Shown piece by piece: positions 9,401-19,853 of a DNA stretch of 64,000 nt (positions are counted from its first letter, which is position 1; the number at the start of each line of letters is the position of its first letter). Both the position numbers and the translations under genes were made by a program. The notes beneath the pieces were generated by a model, which saw only the letters and a list, made by a program, of their open reading frames with translations, ran no database searches and was not told where the DNA came from. The DNA comes from a virus. Location of the stretch: positions 8,735 through 72,734 of IMG/VR virus record IMGVR_UViG_3300007276_000045. One strand, 5' to 3'.

Positions 9401-12157
9401 TTATTTATATAGCCTACCTAAGAATTCGGTAGGAAAGTATCTTGCGTTGTTAAGTGCAGTGCTTTGCACTTTATTTGTTAGAGGAGTTCCAGTTAACCTA
9501 TCTGCTGTTAAGAATGTTTTTTCTAAATCCTGTAGTTCCACAGGCTCCACCTTAATGTTATTATAGCTGCCTGCGAATAGGTTAGATATAATAGTTCCGG
9601 GAACAAACTCAAAAAACTCAGCAACCTCTGCGGCAGTCATGTTAAAGAATACATCTGGCTGAAGAATTCGTTTTCCTCTAGCCCCATCTTCAATATTATA
9701 ATTATCGTCGATAGCCTTAACTCTAGAAAAGACTTCAGCTAGTGGAGATTTAATAGTTGTAAAACTTGTTTCTGTTCCATGCAGAGTAGAAGCTTCTCCA
9801 ACCACGGATTCCCTAGCTGCATACTCAAATGCATAGTTATCTTCCTTAAGGGAAGGTGCTTTACCATTCGCAGTCTTTGCTGACTGAACATAGTTTTCTT
9901 GGGCGACAGATTGCAAGGGGTTGTTTACAATACGCATGGTTCTAACTGAGTGTTGTCCCTCGACAAAGGTCTCAAGAGTAGATCTTCCTTGGTAGGGGGA
10001 ATACTTGATTAGATTTGTTGGGTAGATCGCAAAGTCTGTATAAATTTTCCTAGCAAAAACCTTACCATCTAAAGCTCTAGTAAAGTCCGTCATCTTTAGC
10101 TGAACTGTATTCTTCTCCAGCAAGTAGTTCCAAATAGGATCTCGATAATCAATATAGATTGACATCCTCGGTCCTGACCAAGAAGACACCGTTGCATTAA
10201 AGTTTTCGTAGTTATTCCCATTGGTAATGGAGTCCCAAGCTAACTCATAGTCTACAGTGGTATTGGTAAAATCTATGTCACCAGCAGCTTCTGTTCTAAT
10301 AGTTTCTCTAGTGGACGAGAAGAGCATAACGGAAGGGATAGCCGAACCCTCGCCAGAAACCTCGACGCTACCACTACCTCCATAAGTTAGGGAGCTAACG
10401 ACTAACTCTGGTTCGTATGTTCGGATCATCGTCTCCTGTTGAGGTGGGATAACAAAAGCCTTGTCTCTGTTTGAGACGAGACTTACAGTTTCAATGGTAG
10501 AGTCTGCCTTCCTTACTTTAACAAACTCATTTAACTGATAAACAGAGGAGGTATTTGTGCCAGCATCAGTAATACCTCTAACTGTAATCCCGTCATCATC
10601 TCTAACCCGAACACCTGTTAGCTTACCACTTTTTGTTTTTACCGAGACAGTAAGATCAATATCGGTAGGCATAGCACGCCATCTTTGGATCTCACGCTTC
10701 CTATCCCCATTCGAGTATTGACCAGTGAAGATAGACGCTGGTTGGCTATTTCTTACGATTGAGTACTTAAGTCTAGATCCTGTATCGGTAAAGCCCTTGG
10801 GCATTTCAGGAACACCGTAGGGAAAGAAGGTCTTACCCGCTTTAATAATCTCATCTAAAACTTCTTGGTTATAACCACTTACAGTACCTAAAATAGTTGC
10901 TCGCCTAATAGCAGCAGTTAAAAGACCCTTACCGTCTTTTGAAGACACATTAAACTTACTAGCCTCTTCAAGCCGCTCTCTAGCAGAGTCTTTAAGGGAC
11001 TCTGGAATGGCTTGTTGGTTATAAAGAACAGTGGATATACCGATACCACTAAAGGGAGTATTACCTCTAAGTACATCTCCTACCGCAACATTAATTTTAT
11101 CTCTAAGCACTCCTTCGTTAGAGAAGACAGGGTTACCTGCTTCATTACGGGCGTAAGATAAAAGAGTTTGGTTTGTGGAAATCAGTAGGTTATGCTCTGG
11201 GTCAAATACTTCATCCTCTGTTGGGTATAACGGGAAGTTAGATACGTTATCTCCTGTCGCAGTTGCTTGTGGAGGAAGGTTTGCATTAGTATTACCGCTA
11301 TTGATAACCTGTCCAACTATAGGATCTTGAGAGGTAGTAGTATTCCCAAAAGCGGGTGTATTGCTACCTATTGCTACATTTCCCGGAGATACAGGAGTTC
11401 CTCCATTTTCACCACCATCAACTTCTTGCACATCCCCAGCAGATATACCCCCTCCCGGTTCTGTTACATGACAGTAGGTGATACTCCACATCACCTTAGC
11501 AGTTTTGCAGGTCTTATTCCCGCACCCCCCAGAGCCACCACAGGTATGGTTCCCAGATAACACAGTCTTTTGATTTGTAGGCTGAGACGGGTTTCCAAAT
11601 TGATCAGTTGCCCCATCTGGGGCCGCAGGAGGTTGATAAGTATCTTCGGGTCGAGGAGGTCGTTGAGTTCTAAGTTTGCAAGTATACGTCCAAGTAGCTA
11701 CATATCTGCGTATCTTATAGCAAGGTCCACCACCACTAAGAGGCGAGTCGGTAAATGTAATCGTGGGGGTATTACTATCAGGTACACAATAACATGCAGC
11801 ACCACCAGTAGTAGGGCCTTGGCCTCCACCGCCCTGACCACCCATTTGGCTCATCTGCCCTCCTCCCGGAAAAACAGGACCGGGGTGTGGAGGAATAGAA
11901 AAATCCATCTGGCCCATTTGACCCATCTGGCCTCCCATTTGCCCACCTCCATTATGGGAGATTGGGTCCATCATGCCAATGTTCATCTGACCCATCTGAC
12001 CCATCTGACCCATTTGCCCACCGGGAGGTGCAGGTAGACGGTGACATACTCCCCCTACTGCGGGAGGAACTTCATTCATCTGACCACCGCCTTGACCACC
12101 CGGAGGGTCTTGGATCGGTGTATCTTCGCAATCACATTGGCTCAGATCCTGAGGCAT
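9401..12157 (-). CDS. Large virion protein with GQM-repeat and Cys-rich N-terminus
   Basis: 918 aa; repeated GQMGQMGQM; position in the tail/baseplate cluster. Confidence 0.55.
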   Translation of the reverse strand: MPQDLSQCDCEDTPIQDPPGGQGGGQMNEVPPAVGGVCHRLPAPPGGQMGQMGQMGQMNIGMMDPISHNGGGQMGGQMGQMGQMDFSIPPHPGPVFPGGGQMSQMGGQGGGGQGPTTGGAACYCVPDSNTPTITFTDSPLSGGGPCYKIRRYVATWTYTCKLRTQRPPRPEDTYQPPAAPDGATDQFGNPSQPTNQKTVLSGNHTCGGSGGCGNKTCKTAKVMWSITYCHVTEPGGGISAGDVQEVDGGENGGTPVSPGNVAIGSNTPAFGNTTTSQDPIVGQVINSGNTNANLPPQATATGDNVSNFPLYPTEDEVFDPEHNLLISTNQTLLSYARNEAGNPVFSNEGVLRDKINVAVGDVLRGNTPFSGIGISTVLYNQQAIPESLKDSARERLEEASKFNVSSKDGKGLLTAAIRRATILGTVSGYNQEVLDEIIKAGKTFFPYGVPEMPKGFTDTGSRLKYSIVRNSQPASIFTGQYSNGDRKREIQRWRAMPTDIDLTVSVKTKSGKLTGVRVRDDDGITVRGITDAGTNTSSVYQLNEFVKVRKADSTIETVSLVSNRDKAFVIPPQQETMIRTYEPELVVSSLTYGGSGSVEVSGEGSAIPSVMLFSSTRETIRTEAAGDIDFTNTTVDYELAWDSITNGNNYENFNATVSSWSGPRMSIYIDYRDPIWNYLLEKNTVQLKMTDFTRALDGKVFARKIYTDFAIYPTNLIKYSPYQGRSTLETFVEGQHSVRTMRIVNNPLQSVAQENYVQSAKTANGKAPSLKEDNYAFEYAARESVVGEASTLHGTETSFTTIKSPLAEVFSRVKAIDDNYNIEDGARGKRILQPDVFFNMTAAEVAEFFEFVPGTIISNLFAGSYNNIKVEPVELQDLEKTFLTADRLTGTPLTNKVQSTALNNARYFPTEFLGRLYK

Positions 12158-12170
12158 TTAAAAGACCTTC

Positions 12171-14930
12171 TTAGGTAACAGATCGGATGTCAACAAGGCT
12201 TGGTTGGTTGGGACTAGTAACGGGAGCTTGTGATCCTAGCAGGTTTGTAGTCGCTTGCCCATTAATAACATTTTGAATAAGTGAATACTTGTTACCCGCA
12301 GCGTAAGCTTGGTTCCTAGTAAACGTATCCGACTTGTAGCCTACGATGGTAAACTTTACAGTTGGGTAGTAAGAAGCACCAGTCTTAGGAGCCAGCCTTC
12401 TCAAGTTTTGAACCCCTACTGTTTGTTTTTGCATGTCCCAATTAGTCTGCTTAAATTGTGGCAGAACAACCGAGTAGCTTAAGAACTGATATAGTTTATT
12501 TTGATCGGAGTTAGCAGACTCAAAAGTTCCTGAATCGGTATCTAGCATATCCCCATCACCTTGAACAAAGGAAGAATGATCTCTTCCCGGCTCAATGTTG
12601 ACGTTATCTGCCATTGAGTTAATTTGGAAAACAGCGTGACGCAATCCAGATCCTGAATCGGTATACACTGGCCCCTTGTTTACGAACAACCCACCACCAG
12701 TACCAATGTTAGCATCATTCGTTGACATCCCAGTTATAGGAGAGCAGTTAGTGTATTCAACAATTACGTCATAGTCGTTACACCAAGTGGGCAAGGTAAC
12801 TTGAATCTTCTTGGAGCAAACATTATACCCCGCCTTCATCTGCTCATCACCTGTTCCAAATCCGTAAAGTCTAGACAGATGCGAGTTAGCGATTGCAGAG
12901 TTTTGAGAAACAACACCACCGGGAGCATAAGCTAGACCTCTGTTATTAGTGGTCGCATCAAAGTGCATCCACCAAGATACCTTCGGAGTGTTTGCAAAAA
13001 ACTGATTAAGGCTATTACTATCTACTGGCGCATCCCACTCTGGGAAAACAGGGATGTTTCTGCCCACATCTCCCTGCGGTAATCCTAGGTAGGTTAAAGA
13101 TCCAGATTGACCTCCTAAGCCCCCAGTGTTGGGGTCAGAGAGCCAACGCTTTAGACTGCCTTGTCTCTGCTCTACGATATACTGTAAGTATGCTTCTCGC
13201 AAAGTAAGATCTTGGCTCTCTAAGAATGCTTTAGGGCTAGTAAAGTTTAGCGAGTATTGAGTATTTGTCTCTGGGTTGGTATATGTCGTAGTAGACTCAG
13301 AGCCAAAGGGGTCAGTCGTAGTTTGTGTATAATCACACATGGTTAGCATGGTTCCTTCTACACCATAGGCTAATCCACCCATAACATAATCCGTGTAGAG
13401 AGCTTGCCCATCCTTCTCAACCTCTTCTACATTATCAATCTTAGTGTTGAGAACATCGACAGCACGCTGAATCTGATAAGCACCTACAGCGGGGTTGGCA
13501 AATGACAGCGGAGGGTTTGCTCCTGCTACACCAGCACGTTCGTTATAGGTAAGCTCCGTAGTTCTTAGGAACGGACGGATATCAATGATATCGTCTTGGG
13601 TAATGTTGGTCTGGTCCTTCTTAACAACGACATATGCGAGCGGTAGAGCAGCCTGCCCAACCAGTTGGAAATCGTCAGCATCAACGTCAAGAGCGATAAG
13701 AGGAGCTATATTAAGTAGGTCATCGGGAGACGGGAAGCTACCGTGAACTTTCACACCAAGTCGGTTAGTAATTCCCTGATTTGCATCAGAGTTCTTATCA
13801 GACACATTTCCTACAATCCTAGCGGAACCAGCGGGAGGCGTGTCGGTGGCTCTTCCACCATCGGCTGTTCCAAGCACATTGGTAGTAGCATTGTTGGTAA
13901 TACCGATGCCTGCACCCTTATATAAGCCTAGGACAGGCTGCGTAATCTTCTTTGGAGAAGCTGACGAGCCAGTGTTTCCAAAGCCAGTTTGGTAATCTTG
14001 TAGGGCTGCTCCAGAAGAATCTACTGGAACACTATACGCAACTAACAAGTCGATGCGCTGATCAGCGGTAATCGTAATCTTGTTTTCATTCTCATCATAG
14101 TAGTAGAAGTCTTCGTCGTTCCACTCTGGGATGTTAATCGTGGACTCTGGGAAATCTACAACAGCAGTGCGGAAAACACCTCGCCACATCTTAACAAAGG
14201 CTTGGTGAATATCAGCTAAGTCTTGGGCTTCATAAATAATCTGATCGCTACCCGCTACTTTACGCAGAGTTTGACCAGCTAAAGGGCCGAGAACATTATG
14301 TCCGGGCCATCTGTGTTGGTTGTTGGGGTCTACGTTTTTGTAATGGGGGTAATTACCAGAACCTTCTCCAGAAGAGAAAGTGCTAGGTTGCCATCCGTAG
14401 TTGCTCCCAACACCAGTGGAGGGTGATAGGTGGAAGGTATAAGTAAACTCTAGACCGTTAATGTTGTATGCTTTTCCAGCAGAAGCAGCACCTGTGAATC
14501 TATCAAAGATAGTCTGTCTGAGGCTGGATGCGAACACATCCTTCATAGGTGGGATGATGACTGGAGTGCTCTGAGGAACAGTTGAGTCTGTAGCTAGACT
14601 GAAGAGTGCTTTATCAATATCAAAAGCATCATTAATTCTAGAGTTGAATACACCAGCATTAACCGTGACCTGTCTACCTCCCGTAGACTTCGGCCTTAGT
14701 TGTTTAATAAGTGTTAGATCTAATTCACTGTTTGTCGTTACTAGCCCACCTACACCTGATCCTGAGCCTGATCCTGAGCTACCAGAACTGGAACCAGTTC
14801 CGTCTAACAACTTCTTAACGTATAGAATATTTTCTTCTAGTTGACGTAATGGAATATTATCTACTTCGTAGTAGTACGGATCATTCGCCTTGTAGTAGCG
14901 AATGGGTTGTGTAAACGTGTAATCAGCCAT
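12171..14930 (-). CDS. Putative tail/baseplate structural protein
   Basis: 919 aa; PIRYYKANDPYYYEVDNIPLRQLEEN N-terminus; IIDIRPFL motif; synteny. Confidence 0.55.
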   Translation of the reverse strand: MADYTFTQPIRYYKANDPYYYEVDNIPLRQLEENILYVKKLLDGTGSSSGSSGSGSGSGVGGLVTTNSELDLTLIKQLRPKSTGGRQVTVNAGVFNSRINDAFDIDKALFSLATDSTVPQSTPVIIPPMKDVFASSLRQTIFDRFTGAASAGKAYNINGLEFTYTFHLSPSTGVGSNYGWQPSTFSSGEGSGNYPHYKNVDPNNQHRWPGHNVLGPLAGQTLRKVAGSDQIIYEAQDLADIHQAFVKMWRGVFRTAVVDFPESTINIPEWNDEDFYYYDENENKITITADQRIDLLVAYSVPVDSSGAALQDYQTGFGNTGSSASPKKITQPVLGLYKGAGIGITNNATTNVLGTADGGRATDTPPAGSARIVGNVSDKNSDANQGITNRLGVKVHGSFPSPDDLLNIAPLIALDVDADDFQLVGQAALPLAYVVVKKDQTNITQDDIIDIRPFLRTTELTYNERAGVAGANPPLSFANPAVGAYQIQRAVDVLNTKIDNVEEVEKDGQALYTDYVMGGLAYGVEGTMLTMCDYTQTTTDPFGSESTTTYTNPETNTQYSLNFTSPKAFLESQDLTLREAYLQYIVEQRQGSLKRWLSDPNTGGLGGQSGSLTYLGLPQGDVGRNIPVFPEWDAPVDSNSLNQFFANTPKVSWWMHFDATTNNRGLAYAPGGVVSQNSAIANSHLSRLYGFGTGDEQMKAGYNVCSKKIQVTLPTWCNDYDVIVEYTNCSPITGMSTNDANIGTGGGLFVNKGPVYTDSGSGLRHAVFQINSMADNVNIEPGRDHSSFVQGDGDMLDTDSGTFESANSDQNKLYQFLSYSVVLPQFKQTNWDMQKQTVGVQNLRRLAPKTGASYYPTVKFTIVGYKSDTFTRNQAYAAGNKYSLIQNVINGQATTNLLGSQAPVTSPNQPSLVDIRSVT

Positions 14931-14931
14931 A

Positions 14932-17900
14932 TTATAAATACCTGTCTAGATCGAATAGTGATGCGGACCCAATACCTCTAGCCATGTCCGTTGAGTCTGT
15001 CGCACCTGTGCCCCCACCATAGTAACCAGCACCAAACCCTAGATCGGCATTGTGGAACCAGCTACGGTAAACCGAGAAAATCTTCTTTCTATTAGAGGTT
15101 CCTAACAAGCCGTTCTTAGCGTTTGCAAAGGTGTTTGCTGCGGATTCATCTAGCCAGATCTTATGCTCAGAATCATTCGGAAGCAAGTCTTTTGCATAGA
15201 AGAAAGAGGAGGCTACATTCTGCCCCTGCTGGTCAGCAGGCAGGCTTAAAATGTGTGAGCTAAATCCAAGCTCTTGGTAGATAGAACTTGGGTTATTGTA
15301 GGTTGCCCCCATGTCATTTAAGGAGCTACAGTCACCAGAGGTGTTATACCCCTGAGCAACAACTTGGTAAGGTGCCCCAGTCTTTAGCACCGCTTGATCA
15401 CTAAACTGGAATCCCATACTGACGAATGCGGCTGGGTTTACTGGTGGCACATAAGCAGCACCAGCAGCAACTGGGTATCCTAGGTACTTAGCTCTGGAGG
15501 CAGGTGATACATAGATTCGGAAAGGACCAATGTTCTCCTGCTCAGTCTTACCGTAATAACCTAACTCCCCACCTGTCTGAACCCCTAATCCATACGAATC
15601 AAGAACACTCGCGCCAGAAGTATCAGGCGTTGACGATGGAGCACCTGACAATCCTGTGCCCGTATCAGCGGTCCACATAGCACTTGGTCCGTAGTAGTTA
15701 CCACTCATATCCTGTGGGTGATAACCACTTACCATTAAGAACGAAGCATTTAACTCTGAGTTATCCGCAATGTTCCAAATCTTTAGTAGGTCACACGCAG
15801 TTCCAGAAAGATCGTAGTACGCTCCAGAGGTGTTAAGCCACCCACATGGGAACTTGGTATTAAGAACATTAACAGTACTCCCCTTGGTAGCTCTGACACA
15901 CATGCCTCCAAAAGATGCCCCTGAGAAAGTAGCTGGGGTTAGAGCAGAATCAAGCTGAACGTCTGTCCATACCTGCGTCTCACTAGGAGCTTTAAGAGTA
16001 ATGTTCTTCGTCTGAGTTGGATACTCAGCTTGTGGACCAATATTAAATGTACCAGAGGCTACAAGAGGGTTAGCAAAGAACTGCATGTAACCCCCAGAAG
16101 TACAGAATGCCTTATTGTATCTAATGTCGTTAGTAGCGACAGTAGCAGTAGGGTAGTCTAGCCCAAGGTTAGATTGATACTTACTTGCCCACTCAACAGT
16201 GTGGTCCCCCAAATCCTTCATATTAATTACAGAACCCTTATCCGCAACTAATGAAGCTCTAGAAGAGTGTAGCTGCACCTTGGTATGGTTTGCTCCGTCA
16301 AGACCAATATTGTCTAGACCATAACCGCTAACATCCAAAACACCATCTCTCATGTGTGGTTGGAAGTTGACCGTAGAATTGTTTTGTGCTAGAACTGGGA
16401 CACCGTATTGGGCGATACTAGTAGGTCCAGCAATGTTAATAGTGGAGCCTCCATCCGCGTAAACTCCAGCACTAATTTGCTGGGCCTGTAGCTCTACTGG
16501 GCCGAGGATATTAGTAACGTAGTTCTTAGTTCCATTTAGATCTAAGGTGCTTCCACCCTTAACACAGAATGCGGCACCGTAAGTCGGCCTAAAGTATGGA
16601 GATCCTTGAGTAGTGCTCTGAGCAGCAAAACTAGCTCTAAGCACGTTACCTGCATTAACTGCATTCATGTAAGAGCTATCGTTTAGAACAACGGCAGGGT
16701 TTACAGAACCCACCGTGCTTACCTTTCCATCAACTCCGAATACCTTATTGAAAGCTAGGCGATTGTATACATCATACATACCGCTAACTTGGGTAGGGAT
16801 AAATTGCGAATTACTTAGGTTTGCATGTTGCCCGTTGAGTTCAAAATCACTTTGGAATCCAACAGCAGGTGTTAGCTTCTCCGCATTTAGGTTATAATTG
16901 AACACGGAGTTTTTAGCCAGCAGCCCATGTTGTTGGTTATGGTCAATCGTAAACATGGCAGTAGCCAGTTCAGAGTTAACTAACTCAACACCTACTTTAT
17001 TTTGGTAAGAGCTAATAGCCGTTCCCATGCTGATGTTTGAACTCTTAGCTAGGATTCCTTGTTCGGTATTAAGAGAAGTCTGTAAGTAAATAGTTTGCGA
17101 CCCAAAGATTTCAGTTGATGTCGGGGTGTCACCAGCAGTGTTCTTCCCATTCTTGTACCCATCTGGGGTTTTAAGAATCGAGTTTACTAAATCAACTCCA
17201 ATTACGTTTCTAGTAAATTGGAACGGGGAGTCGATAGGTAGACCTAAGCTATCCTCAGTGGAAGAACTGAGCGTTACTGATGAGTTAACCGCTCTCATGC
17301 CGGGAGTTTTCCTAGCACTATTTCTCGTATTTAGGTGCGAGCCATCGGTCAAAAGCTCATAGTTATAGAAAGCTAAGAACCCTCTGCTTAAGGTTACGTC
17401 AGAGTTATCAATATGTAACCCCGCTTCCTTACATCTGGTTGCGGTGCAGTTTTCAACAACAACCTCAGAGTTTACAATATCAAACCCTCGGCTAGTTCGT
17501 TGCGATCCTGCACTAGTAATATCTGCTTGAGTAGCTCCGTCAACGCAGAAGCCTCTAATGAAAACTTTACCAGTGCAATTCTTAATAGTAACTTGGCTAA
17601 GGCAGTTATTGTATAGCATACCTACTGCTCTGTTCTTAGTCCCAGAACCAACCGCAAACTTAGTCCTTTCAATTACTTCAGTTTGGTAGTTGGGGTTTCT
17701 AATTACAATGTCATCAGAAGGAGTGGTATTGTCTGCATAAGCATCAAAAGCAAAAACATTAGCTGTTGGACTACCAGACTGCTTAAAGTAGGTTCCGTTA
17801 TTATCGCTGAAGTTACAAGTGGTAGCAATTCCTCTAACAGTGGTGGTATGCGCTTGCTGAACCTCTGGGGCTAACGCAAACCCTCTAGCAAAACTATTCC

Positions 17901-18495
17901 AGAAGGTGAAAGTTGTAGCGTGCTTGTTGCCAACTCTCGCCCCCTTAAGACCAACACTAAATGTGTCAGTCATCGTACTGCTAGTGTCGGGGGACAGGAG
18001 CGTAACCACGCTATCTCCATCTGAAGCACCGTTCTCAGACGTTAACGCTACAGAAGAGGGGCTAGTGCTACTACCGCACATTACCTTTGCAAAGCCTCTG
18101 TTGATAATCTCGATGCCTCCCCCTGAGGCTACAAATTCCTTATTCTCCAGTCTAAGATCCCCAAGCTGACCACTGACGCAAACCTCAATAATTACAGGTT
18201 GTCTAATGGTATTAGGTAGTGCTTCCACAGCAGAAGAGACAGAACCAAAAACCTTTTTATTATCTACACCACAGTCTGAGACTGTAAGCATGATGCTTGG
18301 AGCAGTTGCGGAGGCTGGGTAACCAGCCATTTCATGAAGCAGATCGTCTCTATCTTCTAAATCGTAAATAGGGAGGTTGTCTTGTTCCCAGTTATAGAAG
18401 GAACTGGAATCAAACTTATACACAGGATCAGTCCAGCTATTAATTAGCTGTCCAGTTCCAGATGCTAGATAAAGATCATCTTTATTAAATGCCAT
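14932..18495 (-). CDS. Putative tail spike/fibre protein with beta-helix-like region
   Basis: 1187 aa; N-terminal YNWEQDNLPIYDLEDR resembles that of the neighbouring ORF; repeated G(I/V).(A/L).NS.(V/I) rungs suggest a right-handed beta-helix. Confidence 0.55.
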   Translation of the reverse strand: MAFNKDDLYLASGTGQLINSWTDPVYKFDSSSFYNWEQDNLPIYDLEDRDDLLHEMAGYPASATAPSIMLTVSDCGVDNKKVFGSVSSAVEALPNTIRQPVIIEVCVSGQLGDLRLENKEFVASGGGIEIINRGFAKVMCGSSTSPSSVALTSENGASDGDSVVTLLSPDTSSTMTDTFSVGLKGARVGNKHATTFTFWNSFARGFALAPEVQQAHTTTVRGIATTCNFSDNNGTYFKQSGSPTANVFAFDAYADNTTPSDDIVIRNPNYQTEVIERTKFAVGSGTKNRAVGMLYNNCLSQVTIKNCTGKVFIRGFCVDGATQADITSAGSQRTSRGFDIVNSEVVVENCTATRCKEAGLHIDNSDVTLSRGFLAFYNYELLTDGSHLNTRNSARKTPGMRAVNSSVTLSSSTEDSLGLPIDSPFQFTRNVIGVDLVNSILKTPDGYKNGKNTAGDTPTSTEIFGSQTIYLQTSLNTEQGILAKSSNISMGTAISSYQNKVGVELVNSELATAMFTIDHNQQHGLLAKNSVFNYNLNAEKLTPAVGFQSDFELNGQHANLSNSQFIPTQVSGMYDVYNRLAFNKVFGVDGKVSTVGSVNPAVVLNDSSYMNAVNAGNVLRASFAAQSTTQGSPYFRPTYGAAFCVKGGSTLDLNGTKNYVTNILGPVELQAQQISAGVYADGGSTINIAGPTSIAQYGVPVLAQNNSTVNFQPHMRDGVLDVSGYGLDNIGLDGANHTKVQLHSSRASLVADKGSVINMKDLGDHTVEWASKYQSNLGLDYPTATVATNDIRYNKAFCTSGGYMQFFANPLVASGTFNIGPQAEYPTQTKNITLKAPSETQVWTDVQLDSALTPATFSGASFGGMCVRATKGSTVNVLNTKFPCGWLNTSGAYYDLSGTACDLLKIWNIADNSELNASFLMVSGYHPQDMSGNYYGPSAMWTADTGTGLSGAPSSTPDTSGASVLDSYGLGVQTGGELGYYGKTEQENIGPFRIYVSPASRAKYLGYPVAAGAAYVPPVNPAAFVSMGFQFSDQAVLKTGAPYQVVAQGYNTSGDCSSLNDMGATYNNPSSIYQELGFSSHILSLPADQQGQNVASSFFYAKDLLPNDSEHKIWLDESAANTFANAKNGLLGTSNRKKIFSVYRSWFHNADLGFGAGYYGGGTGATDSTDMARGIGSASLFDLDRYL

Positions 18496-18496
18496 T

Positions 18497-19123
18497 TTAG
18501 AAGTTTAACGTCCACTTAAAAATTAACGAGAAATCGTCTGTTTTTGTAATATTTGTAAAGGGCCTATACGCCACCAAGTTAGATCGGTAAGTCGCATTAC
18601 CCAGAGGGTTTTTCATAAACAGACCCACCTCATTTAAAGGCTCCGTTAAATCGTTACAGGAGTTTCTGTCTATGTAAAGTATATAGGTGACTGAGTTCAA
18701 ATCCACTCGTTTGATTGCATTATCAGAAATAAGTGGGAATACCCAAGTATCACTGCCGTCAGAGTTGTCCTTGGGGGTACCGTCCCAGTCCATTAATTGG
18801 TGAGTCTCCACAGGCAATTTTGAATCACCGTTGGTATTGTAATCAGTGGTTCCGTTCTCCTGACCCAGCGCAGATGCTAGAAAGCTCTCGGAGACCCCGT
18901 AAGTGCTAATTTTATCATCCCCACCCACGCCTAGTTGGAAATATCTAACTTGAAAATTATCTACAGAGGTGGCACCTGACCCAGCATAAAGAAGCCCCAA
19001 ACCAACTCCCATCCCAGAAGTAATGGTATTTGCTTCGTCAAAAAATAGTTCCTCATCGCCGCTCTCGTAAACTTTATAAATTTCCAAGTGGCCTGATACG
19101 TCAATAATGTCTGAGTTTTTCAT
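18497..19123 (-). CDS. Tail-collar/baseplate-associated protein (paralogue 1)
   Basis: GHLEIYK...E....N.IT.G.G N-terminus and EVGLF.KNP...AYR.F....K...FSL..KW C-terminus, shared with the next ORF. Confidence 0.6.
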   Translation of the reverse strand: MKNSDIIDVSGHLEIYKVYESGDEELFFDEANTITSGMGVGLGLLYAGSGATSVDNFQVRYFQLGVGGDDKISTYGVSESFLASALGQENGTTDYNTNGDSKLPVETHQLMDWDGTPKDNSDGSDTWVFPLISDNAIKRVDLNSVTYILYIDRNSCNDLTEPLNEVGLFMKNPLGNATYRSNLVAYRPFTNITKTDDFSLIFKWTLNF

Positions 19124-19139
19124 AATTTACCTATTATAG

Positions 19140-19853
19140 TTATCTAATATGGAAAGGGGTTACTTTACCTAAGCTCTCTGTATCTCCTTGAGAGAAGTGA
19201 TCATCCACATTAGAATCTAGGCCCAAGAACCCTATGGACCAGTTAATAATTAAGGAGAACTCCGCAGTCTTATTTAGTGCTGCAAAGCTTCTGTATGCCA
19301 TCAGAAGAGGACTCTCTTCGTAAAACCCTTTTGGATTTTTAGAAAATAGCCCTACCTCTGTAATAGCTAACCCATTGGCTGTGTTCTCATCTAAAACAAT
19401 CTGAGACTCAAATGAGTCTAAGAAATTTTTAGTTACCGAACCCTTGGTAATATTTGCAAAGTAACCGTCTGCTCCACTAAAAACAACAGATGACAAGGGT
19501 GCTTTTGTTTGCTCAAGCTCCGTGTACACCCCATCCACTACACTGCTTGCATAAAAGCCTCTATACTTTTGTGAGATAGTTAACTCTGTATCTTCCCCAT
19601 ACCCATCCCAGCTTACAGGAGCACAGACTTGGTACCAGAAACCAGAGGTATCAGTCGCTGCAAAGCTAGGAGCACCTGTTCCAATCTGGAAGTAGGCGGG
19701 TGAGTAGTCGGAGGGGTGCTTAGAGCCAACATCCTTTTGGATATCTAAAAAGGAGGAGCCAAGCCCCGCTGTGATCATGTTGGCACGATCAAGAACGGTT
19801 TCTTTGGTTCCATCTTTGTAGATTTTACAAATTGTTATATGTCCACTAATCAT
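19140..19853 (-). CDS. Tail-collar/baseplate-associated protein (paralogue 2)
   Basis: GHITICK..DG..E....NMIT.G and ITEVGLFSKNP...MAYRSF..LNK..EFSLI.NW motifs. Confidence 0.6.
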   Translation of the reverse strand: MISGHITICKIYKDGTKETVLDRANMITAGLGSSFLDIQKDVGSKHPSDYSPAYFQIGTGAPSFAATDTSGFWYQVCAPVSWDGYGEDTELTISQKYRGFYASSVVDGVYTELEQTKAPLSSVVFSGADGYFANITKGSVTKNFLDSFESQIVLDENTANGLAITEVGLFSKNPKGFYEESPLLMAYRSFAALNKTAEFSLIINWSIGFLGLDSNVDDHFSQGDTESLGKVTPFHIR

